Notes: generated by a model from the sequence alone, not told the origin. Counted from the first letter of the stretch, positions 1 through 6,806 are shown. The stretch is 64,000 bases of DNA from Bacteroidales bacterium (GCA_035411425.1 DAONSX010000001.1:1678-65677), one strand, 5' to 3'. Program-made: numbers and translations.

Positions 1-3000
1 TGCACGGTGGCAATTATTTGTGAACCATCAGGCGGAAGCTGATATAATGGCTGTTTGTGACGCAAGCGATTTACAGCATCCCAAAACTTGACCATCTCAA
101 ATTTTAGATTCCCTTCTACATCTTTGTAAATAATGCAATGATGATTATTTCTGGGATCAACATAGCAATTTATATTTGGCTTTAATTTAACAGCATTTCC
201 CTTATATTCAAAAATTCTAACTGTATATACAGGAACAGGATCACCTCCTTTGCGATTTGGAAGCCGTATAGCAGGATTTTTATCCTTATCGAAAAAGAAG
301 CCATTTGGGATATTATAAGGTTTTGAAATATCGATATTAAATACATTTTGAAGTCGGTTTTCAATTAGCTTCTTAATAGTAGTATCAACGATTTTCGCTA
401 CGTGTTTATGATCTTTTATTTCGGTAATATTACATCTTACATGATATTGTTGTGGTTTAATACCTGGTAGATATTTAGCAGCCGATACTATTTTACCTTC
501 TCCCTGGTCAAGAATATAACCTCCATAGAATGTATCTTTGTGAAGTTGCCCTTTTACCGAATATCCTTTGGAAACATAAGTATCATGATTTTTACGAATT
601 CTCTTATAAACAGGCACCAAAACTCTATAGTTAGTTCGATAAGATACCAAAATTTTTGAAATTGCTTCTTTTACAGCATTTTGAAAGTGTGGGTTAGGTT
701 GTTCGAATTTGGGTTTTGGAGCCAAATTACGTTGTTTATTTTTGAGATTACCAAAATAAGTAGATAGTTTTTGATAGTAACTTGTAGTAGCAGAAGCAAT
801 TACAATGGCGTCAATGGCATGATGACGCTGGTCTTCACGATTTTTCTTCGGATCAATAATAATTTCTCCCGTCTCGGTATCCACCCTAATCAAACTTTCA
901 ATTATTTTTTCGTTATTATTTTTATCGATAATGGGCTTAGGATTTTCAATAGGTTGAAAATTAATGATTTCCTGTATTTTAAAATAAATAAAGTAACGCC
1001 CTGGTGCAACATCGGCTTTTAATTTCCAATTGTAGTCCATATCGGGACAAAATATGCCCTGGCTATCCACAGTTCCATTTAGTGTATAATAGTTTTCAGG
1101 AGGACGAGGTAAATTAAGTGCCGGTAAAAAATCAGCATTATTTACATCAAAGTCTAATAATGCAGTATAAAACCCGTTGATTAGTTGAGCTTCACAGGAA
1201 TAAATGGATGATATAAATTTTTGATTTGAAACTCTACCTTGGATGCTTATTTTATTTTCATTCTTTCTATTATCATTAATATCATTTTGTTTGATTTCAG
1301 CTTTGATTACAGGAATTATAGCCCAATAATATCCATCTTCTATTATTTTGTTCGTATTGAAATTAATTCCATGACTTTCGTTAATGAATCTTTTTTTCTT
1401 GAGATTACCCTTAATAATTATTACATTTTCGCTAATTTGGGGTTGAGGAGTAAACCTTGGAATGAATTCCTGTGCAGCCTGAGCTTTTATAAAGGCCCAA
1501 TATTTCCCAGTTTCAAAGCCATTTGCAGGAATTTTTAGTGAGGCATAGTATTTACTATCTGATTCAAAATAGAATTTATTCCCAGTCTCTTTTTTTATTT
1601 CACCAGGTATGGCTAACTCATTATCCATTGGTATGGGTTTGAAATTTATTTTTGGGATGGCTTTTTTAACATGATTGTTTTCATCAACGATAAGATAATG
1701 AATAGTTGGTTCGCTTTCGTTTATATTTAAATCATTCAAGGGAATATCGGTTATAGGTTCACTAAGAATATCGTTTAGTCCCCATAATCGGCGTAAATCG
1801 GCTATAAGTTGGCCAGGGAATGACCTAACGTCGTCGCATATTTCCCTTAAGATTTGTACTGATTTTTTGCTGATATAACGTGTGTCGTTGAGTTGTCGTT
1901 GAATAAAATCGTCAAGCATAGCGGGTTTTTTTGAAGTAAAACGCCTTGCTTTTTTATAGGGCAAGATTTGGAAGACTCTTTGCTCGATTTCTTCCCATGA
2001 ATCAGCATTCCATAAAGATTTACTACTGTTTTTTAAATAAAACTGATAAGGTGTCAATTCACCTTTCGAACGATTGAAATTGGCTTCACATAGAGTTTTA
2101 TTTCCGAATGAATCGTCTAAACTAACGGAATAGGGTATAATATGTTCAATTTGGAAAAAATTATGAGGCCCAAGCAAATCGGAAAGGCGAATGGTTTTAC
2201 CCGTATAGGGACAGATTACGATACCATTTTTCTGTTCGATTTCACTATAAAGTAGATACTTAATGATGTTATCACGTGAAGGTTTTAAGCCTGCTTCAAT
2301 GATTCTTTCGCGAGCTTCCTTATTTTTTTGTTCATTAATTGCATTTTCTTTTCTGATTTCCTGTCGCCTTTTTTTATTGTTTTTCAAATCGCGTCCAACC
2401 TCAACATGGATGCGATCAAAACAGAAATCTGGCCCAAATTCGGGCATACTACGATATTTTTTCAGTAGATAATTTACGAGCCGGCGCATTTCATTTAGCC
2501 CAATTTGGACAAGTGGATTTCTTAAATTCTCGACAGGTGAAATGTAATCTCCCTTTTTCTCTGGACCTACCTCCCGACTGGGATGGTATAATTTTAAAAA
2601 GGCTTTATCATTAGGGTTAAATCCAAAATTATTAACAGTGCTCGAAAGGTATTCTTTTATATTCTGAATAATTTCGCCTTCATGATATTTTTTGCCATTG
2701 CAAAGATCTTTGATAAATTGTTCTATATCACTATGATAATCTTTAAAATATTCCCATCTGCTGCCAAAAGTGTTTTTGATCCCTCCAAGCAAGACGGCTT
2801 GTTGAAAAATAAATCCCTTTTCAAGGAAAGGCAGTATGTTATGAATAGCTTTTAATGAGATTGATGCATACCCATCTTCAAGTGTAATTTTTGCGCTTTT
2901 TTGGGCTTTTTCTTCAGTGAAATGGTATTTTTTTATGAGCCGTTGGGTCAAAAGTTCTTCATCTTCAAAAAACATGAAATCATGCCATATTTCATGTTTA

Positions 3001-4355
3001 TTCTGCACCCATATCTCAGTAGGAAACAAACTTTTTAATTTTTTTATAGTAGGACATCCAGAAACTTTTTGGTCTGCATCGTAATTGAAATATTCATTTT
3101 GCAGCTTTAAGGCATCAATAATAACTTTAAAGTCGAAAACTTTATCCTGATATGATATTACATTTAAAACAGTTTGCCGCTGACTAGCATCAAGCGGTTG
3201 TTCCTTTCGACCGTATCGTATATTATTTATCAATTGCCATGCTCTATATAGTTCGAAATCAGGATGAGAAATTGGACAAGGGGTAGGCCCGGTTTCTATC
3301 CATTTGTTGGTAGTTTTATCAAACATTATTCTCTTTTCGAAAGTACATTTTGACAAAAGATGTTTTTGTGATCTTAATGGCCGTTGCCAGAATAAAAGAC
3401 TATCCTGACTTCTATATAATATTTCATGAGTTTCGTCATTAATTTCGATTCGTCCCCCAAAAAGAGTTTTTAAGGAGATCTGTTGTGCAACTTTTATGGT
3501 TTTCCCAGTAATAGTAACATTCTCAATGCCATATTGCAAGTAAATTTTATTGATTCTTTGCTTATTTCTTTCAGAATCATTATTCCCAGAAAGATGAAAG
3601 GATTTGAATATCGTAACAGTTTTATCATTTAATCCTAAATGTGGAGCTTGTTTTTCCCAAATAGCATGAAATTCCTTAACATACATTTCTCTTAAGGTAT
3701 ATCGGTTACGGGCTCTTAGCGGACGTCTATTCTCATCAGTTCTGTAGATATAAGTCTGATGCTCGGGAAGAATCATTTCATACAAAGTAGTTCCAAGAGT
3801 TTTATTATAACCAATTTCTTTCTCGGTCTCGAGTATACCAATGGTATTATTTTCCCCTTGATAAATCTTTCCTGAATCTTTTCCTTTTCGACTACTGTAA
3901 AAACCCCTTCTCTGAATAAAATGATAAAAGATTCTTCCGAGTTGTTCTAAGCTTAAATCTTCTTCTAATGCTTTTTTCCGCAATGCGTAAGGATTCATTT
4001 TCAACCATTCTATAAACTCAGGATCATTTGGAAACTTTCTTCCATCCGATTTCAATTCATTGTTCCAATTTTTCCATTTTTTCAATGAGTTTAATGATAA
4101 GGGGCACATTTTAAGAGGGATCAATGTCTCAAGTAATTTGATCTTACTTAATCTTTTTCTGTAATAATGTCTCCTGAGTTGTCTTTTTTCTCTTCTCTGT
4201 GCATTTTTTGAAGTCTCTTTTTCCCCCTGTCCTAAATTTTCTACTCCTTCAGGGAAAATTCTAACCCCGCAGTCAATAATTGACGCTTTTTCATCATCTA
4301 CAACTGCCCATCCAATGCTATTGACTCCTAAATCGAGTCCAAGGATTTTGCTCAT
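1..4355 (-). CDS. cas9: CRISPR-associated endonuclease Cas9, type II (II-C-like, long Bacteroidota form); partial, C-terminus beyond left edge (>=1451 aa visible)
   Basis: Hand translation of the minus-strand frame from ATG 4355 to nt 3 gives 1451 codons with no stop. Motifs in order: RuvC-I MSKILGLDLGVNSIGWAVV (D8); Arg-rich bridge helix QRREKRQLRRHYYRKR; LGRIFYHFIQRRGF; LFWQRPLRSQK; RuvC-II DRIHVEVGRD (E652); HNH CPYTGK..QIEHIIPYSVSLDDSFGNKTLCEANFNRSKG (H738); RQLNDTRYISK; RuvC-III RHHAIDAIVIA (H1178, D1182). It is missing from the ORF track because its stop codon lies left of the window. Confidence 0.93.
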   Translation of the reverse strand, partial: MSKILGLDLGVNSIGWAVVDDEKASIIDCGVRIFPEGVENLGQGEKETSKNAQRREKRQLRRHYYRKRLSKIKLLETLIPLKMCPLSLNSLKKWKNWNNELKSDGRKFPNDPEFIEWLKMNPYALRKKALEEDLSLEQLGRIFYHFIQRRGFYSSRKGKDSGKIYQGENNTIGILETEKEIGYNKTLGTTLYEMILPEHQTYIYRTDENRRPLRARNRYTLREMYVKEFHAIWEKQAPHLGLNDKTVTIFKSFHLSGNNDSERNKQRINKIYLQYGIENVTITGKTIKVAQQISLKTLFGGRIEINDETHEILYRSQDSLLFWQRPLRSQKHLLSKCTFEKRIMFDKTTNKWIETGPTPCPISHPDFELYRAWQLINNIRYGRKEQPLDASQRQTVLNVISYQDKVFDFKVIIDALKLQNEYFNYDADQKVSGCPTIKKLKSLFPTEIWVQNKHEIWHDFMFFEDEELLTQRLIKKYHFTEEKAQKSAKITLEDGYASISLKAIHNILPFLEKGFIFQQAVLLGGIKNTFGSRWEYFKDYHSDIEQFIKDLCNGKKYHEGEIIQNIKEYLSSTVNNFGFNPNDKAFLKLYHPSREVGPEKKGDYISPVENLRNPLVQIGLNEMRRLVNYLLKKYRSMPEFGPDFCFDRIHVEVGRDLKNNKKRRQEIRKENAINEQKNKEARERIIEAGLKPSRDNIIKYLLYSEIEQKNGIVICPYTGKTIRLSDLLGPHNFFQIEHIIPYSVSLDDSFGNKTLCEANFNRSKGELTPYQFYLKNSSKSLWNADSWEEIEQRVFQILPYKKARRFTSKKPAMLDDFIQRQLNDTRYISKKSVQILREICDDVRSFPGQLIADLRRLWGLNDILSEPITDIPLNDLNINESEPTIHYLIVDENNHVKKAIPKINFKPIPMDNELAIPGEIKKETGNKFYFESDSKYYASLKIPANGFETGKYWAFIKAQAAQEFIPRFTPQPQISENVIIIKGNLKKKRFINESHGINFNTNKIIEDGYYWAIIPVIKAEIKQNDINDNRKNENKISIQGRVSNQKFISSIYSCEAQLINGFYTALLDFDVNNADFLPALNLPRPPENYYTLNGTVDSQGIFCPDMDYNWKLKADVAPGRYFIYFKIQEIINFQPIENPKPIIDKNNNEKIIESLIRVDTETGEIIIDPKKNREDQRHHAIDAIVIASATTSYYQKLSTYFGNLKNKQRNLAPKPKFEQPNPHFQNAVKEAISKILVSYRTNYRVLVPVYKRIRKNHDTYVSKGYSVKGQLHKDTFYGGYILDQGEGKIVSAAKYLPGIKPQQYHVRCNITEIKDHKHVAKIVDTTIKKLIENRLQNVFNIDISKPYNIPNGFFFDKDKNPAIRLPNRKGGDPVPVYTVRIFEYKGNAVKLKPNINCYVDPRNNHHCIIYKDVEGNLKFEMVKFWDAVNRLRHKQPLYQLPPDGSQIIATV
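845..1775 (-). other. Insertion of about 300 aa within the Cas9 RuvC-III region (between LRRLWGL and NREDQRHHAIDA)
   Basis: W858-G-L is encoded at nt 1784-1776 and H1178 at nt 824-822, so about 315 residues separate motifs that are roughly 10 residues apart in NmeCas9 and CjCas9 as I recall them. The frame is continuous, so this is not an IS or intein-like disruption. It contains three related modules: GKYWAFIKAQ...VIIIKGNL, GYYWAIIPVI...KISIQGRV, GRYFIYFKIQ...KIIESLIRV. Confidence 0.7.
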
Positions 4356-4419
4356 AATTGATTAATTTTTAAATTATTAGATTTAATTTTAGATTTCTGA
4401 GTGTGGTTTGTCCAGTTAA

Positions 4420-4427
4420 TACCTTTG
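4420..4427 (+). promoter_or_regulatory. Candidate Bacteroidota -7 box (TACCTTTG), possible promoter for a long tracrRNA form
   Basis: Exact TAnnTTTG match. A TTTC at 4394-4397 could serve as a weak -33 element. It lies about 62 nt upstream of the anti-repeat element. Confidence 0.35.
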
Positions 4428-4492
4428 TTTTCCTTAGAAGATGGGTTAAAATTAAATATTTTTTATGAAAGTGTTGCATAATAAAAAAGTTG

Positions 4493-4500
4493 TATCTTTG
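4493..4500 (+). promoter_or_regulatory. Candidate Bacteroidota -7 box (TATCTTTG) inside the anti-repeat element, possible promoter for a short tracrRNA form
   Basis: Exact TAnnTTTG match. It would place the transcription start near 4507, giving an RNA of about 86 nt that ends at the T7 tract. Confidence 0.4.
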
Positions 4501-4567
4501 TTGACGAAGATTATTCCAATCTTATCTTATCACAACAAGGCTATATGCCGAAGGACTTAGTCCTATG

Positions 4568-4592
4568 CCCCTGCTTCGGTAGGGGTTTTTTT
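4568..4592 (+). terminator. Rho-independent terminator of the tracrRNA
   Basis: A 7-bp stem CCCCTGC/GTAGGGG (one G-U pair) closes a TTCG tetraloop and is followed by seven T. Confidence 0.8.
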
Positions 4593-4784
4593 AGTTTGTG
4601 ACTTTATCCTTTCCATTTGATCCTACCGGTTAAGTCGGAGATTTATTGATTTAATAAAATCAGTAATCTTCGTGTCGTAGCTCATTTATTAAATTTCTAT
4701 AAAGGTAGCACAAATGTCTTCGTCAAAGATGTTTTTTTGCAAAATTGTCCGGAATCTCTTTGTTTTGCAGAAATTCAGGGTTAG

Positions 4785-5579
4785 ATGTTAATAGATAAGG
4801 ATGAACCAATTTGCTGTTATTTCGAGAATCTTTCGAGATTTGACGGGGAAATTCTGCATTTTGTTTCCACACGAAGGTTTCTAAAAGATCAGCAGTTTTC
4901 CATTTCCTTCAATGGTTCTTTGTCGAAAGATAGAGTAAGAGTAAACCGAAAAGTCCTTTTCTCGAAATTTGGACTCGATGTGAGTAGTTCTGTGTTTACC
5001 ACACAGGTTCATGGAAACAAGGTGGAGCGCATTTCAATAAAAGAGAAGGGCAGGGGTGTCAACGAAGTTTTAAAAACCTGCCTTGGCAGCGATGGCATGA
5101 TAACGCAACATCAGGAGATTTGTCTGGTTATTCAAATGGCTGATTGCGTTCCCCTGTTATTTTTTGATCCTATAAAAAAGGTTATAGCTACTGCCCACGC
5201 TGGTTGGAGAGGAACTGTAATGAAAATTGGCGCAAAAGTTATCGAAGAGTTTCGTAATGTTTACGATTCGGACCCGGCAGATATTTTGGCAGGCATTGGG
5301 CCATCCATCGGGCCATGTTGCTATGAAGTAGGGAATGAGGTCATAAGCAAAGTGGAAGAAGCCTTTCGTGATACCAAAGGCATTTTGCTGAATCATCCCA
5401 AATTTTCTCGGCCCGTATTCGACTTATGGGAAGCCAATCGAAGAATTTTGATAGAAAAAGGCATAAATCCCCGCAATATCGAAATGGCGAACCTTTGCAC
5501 GCGTTGTCATTCAGATATGTTTTTCTCGGCTCGTGCTGGCGATGAAGGCCGTTTTGGTTCTTTCATTATGTTGAAATAA
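4785..5579 (+). CDS. pgeF: Peptidoglycan editing factor PgeF / YfiH (polyphenol-oxidase-like, DUF152) family protein
   Basis: 264-aa ORF with the family motifs HAGWRGT, GPSIGPCCYEVG and CTRCHSDMFFSARA. Confidence 0.85.
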   Translation: MLIDKDEPICCYFENLSRFDGEILHFVSTRRFLKDQQFSISFNGSLSKDRVRVNRKVLFSKFGLDVSSSVFTTQVHGNKVERISIKEKGRGVNEVLKTCLGSDGMITQHQEICLVIQMADCVPLLFFDPIKKVIATAHAGWRGTVMKIGAKVIEEFRNVYDSDPADILAGIGPSIGPCCYEVGNEVISKVEEAFRDTKGILLNHPKFSRPVFDLWEANRRILIEKGINPRNIEMANLCTRCHSDMFFSARAGDEGRFGSFIMLK

Positions 5580-5633
5580 ATATTTCAATCAAGGGAAAAC
5601 AGCAGAATGTTTAGACCGAGTGATGAAAATCTC

Positions 5634-5641
5634 TATTTTTG
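5634..5641 (+). promoter_or_regulatory. Candidate -7 box TATTTTTG
   Basis: TAnnTTTG match 41 nt upstream of the ATG at 5682. Confidence 0.4.
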
Positions 5642-5681
5642 CAACATGAACCAACATTTTACAAACCCAAATTAATAAGCG

Positions 5682-6779
5682 ATGAGAAAAATTTTACTTT
5701 CTGTATTATTGATGTCTTTGGGAGGCTGGTTATCAGCTCAGAGTCTTCAGCTTAAAACCTTGGATGGAAAGTTGATTGCCAATGATGCTACTCTTTATTG
5801 GGGTGGATTGCCCACCGAATATATGGTGGCCAGAATTTTGGTAAGCAATACTTCTACCGAGGCAAAGAATGTTTTCGTGAAGAAGTATGAGGAATTTGCC
5901 GCCAAGGATTCTACTGCAACTTTTTGCTGGGGAGCTTGTTTCCCATGGTTTGTCAACGTAAGTCCCGAAGGCATTGTGATTGATGCTGGAGGCACTTCTA
6001 CTGATTTTACGGCCGATTATGATGCCGGTGGCGTACTGGGTCATACACGGCTGAAGTTTACTTTTTTTGTGGAAAATAATCCCAACGACAGCGTTTCGTT
6101 TCGTGTAGAATTTTCGCCTTCCTACCTTAGTCTGAGAAACACAGAAGATTCCATTCCTACTGCTTCTGTTCTGAATGTTGTGGGCTCATATACGGAGGTG
6201 ATACAATATGATTTGATATTGACCAATCACAGCAAAGAAACGAAGAATGTGAGCATGCACAAGATTCATCTGTCGGTGATTGAGGGTACTGAGATGTATT
6301 TTTGTTGGGGAGATTGTTATCCACCCGATGTATTTGAACTTCCCGAACCCATGGTTATGGCTGCTGGAGAATCATCTCAAGGGCTGAGTGTGGATTATGA
6401 CCCAAAATCGCATTCGGGAACATCAACCATAACCTATGTATTTTATGATTTTGATCATCCCGCTGATTCGGTTTGGGTTGATTTTGCCTTCGATGGTCAG
6501 GCCGCCGGAATCGATTATCTCGCCTCGGATATTTTGAAGATTTCTTACAGAGCTTTTAGTCATGAACTTTTCATCGAATGGGAAAACGAAATTTCATATG
6601 GCAGTAAAAATCTTCAAGTAATTGATATGAGCGGAAAGGTTGTTTTTACAAAAACCTTATCCAGCAATAGCAGGCAGCAAACTATTACACTTCCTTATCT
6701 TTCTCAGGGCATATATATGATTGTAATAAATTTGCCAGACGGAATGGTTTATCGAAATAAATTCCTTATTAGTCGTTAA
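5682..6779 (+). CDS. Secreted protein with a T9SS C-terminal sorting domain and two tandem homologous modules
   Basis: Signal peptide MRKILLSVLLMSLGGWLSAQS. Two modules of about 125 aa each contain FCWGxC(F/Y)P...DYD. The C-terminal ~80 aa (LQVIDMSGKVVFTKTL..GIYMIVINLPDGMVYRNKFLISR) resemble Por/T9SS sorting domains. Confidence 0.6.
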   Translation: MRKILLSVLLMSLGGWLSAQSLQLKTLDGKLIANDATLYWGGLPTEYMVARILVSNTSTEAKNVFVKKYEEFAAKDSTATFCWGACFPWFVNVSPEGIVIDAGGTSTDFTADYDAGGVLGHTRLKFTFFVENNPNDSVSFRVEFSPSYLSLRNTEDSIPTASVLNVVGSYTEVIQYDLILTNHSKETKNVSMHKIHLSVIEGTEMYFCWGDCYPPDVFELPEPMVMAAGESSQGLSVDYDPKSHSGTSTITYVFYDFDHPADSVWVDFAFDGQAAGIDYLASDILKISYRAFSHELFIEWENEISYGSKNLQVIDMSGKVVFTKTLSSNSRQQTITLPYLSQGIYMIVINLPDGMVYRNKFLISR

Positions 6780-6806
6780 ATAATTTTTTATCGTATATTT
6801 TTAAGG

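Larger units (their letters stand above)
4489..4592 (+). ncRNA. tracrRNA (anti-repeat, nexus, two hairpins, intrinsic terminator); 5' end uncertain (about 4433, 4489 or 4507)
   Basis: The 48-nt element GTTGTATCTTTGTTGACGAAGATTATTCCAATCTTATCTTATCACAAC (4489-4536) is followed directly by AAGGC (4537-4541). Then come the nexus GGC-TATAT-GCC (4539-4549), the hairpin AGGAC-TTA-GTCCT (4552-4564), and CCCCTGC-TTCG-GTAGGGG (4568-4585) plus T7 (4586-4592). It is divergent from and adjacent to cas9. Confidence 0.8.

Noticed and set aside
182-2472. Four short ORFs from the track (182-364 minus, 771-1022 plus, 1239-1538 plus, 2263-2472 plus) as possible genes in the otherwise empty left region
   Set aside because: All lie inside the uninterrupted cas9 frame, either antisense or out of frame, and have low-complexity, motif-free translations. 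They are shadow ORFs of an AT-rich gene.
1-4355. Absence of a long ORF in the track might mean cas9 is a pseudogene or uses recoding or an alternative genetic code
   Set aside because: A line-by-line hand translation found no stop in the frame. The ORF is missing only because it lacks a stop inside the window. The same happens to the 63050-64000 ORF at the right edge.
4465-4536. The 48-nt GTTGT...ACAAC element as a fully fledged natural single-guide RNA
   Set aside because: Only 5 terminal bp plus a 6-bp inner stem (and about 2 further pairs) can form, and the middle is unpaired. I found no seed match to the preceding 20-24 nt in the cas9 promoter region. It is kept only as a speculative note in the promoter finding.
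4594-4609. GTTTGTGA immediately after the tracrRNA terminator as a degenerate repeat or scaRNA-like partner (as in Francisella)
   Set aside because: It pairs with TCACAAC only with a bulge, and the following sequence (CTTTATCCTTTCC) shows no complementarity to the rest of the anti-repeat.
4357-4784. A CRISPR array or leader in the cas9/pgeF spacer, or in any other intergenic gap
   Set aside because: There are no direct repeats with a 60-80 nt period. Only one full-length repeat-like element exists, and it is in anti-repeat orientation fused to a nexus and terminator, so it is the tracrRNA.
4714-4791. A 25-codon upstream ORF (MSSSKMFFCKIVRNLFVLQKFRVRC) overlapping the pgeF start
   Set aside because: It is too short, has no recognisable features, and lies in the probable pgeF promoter/leader.
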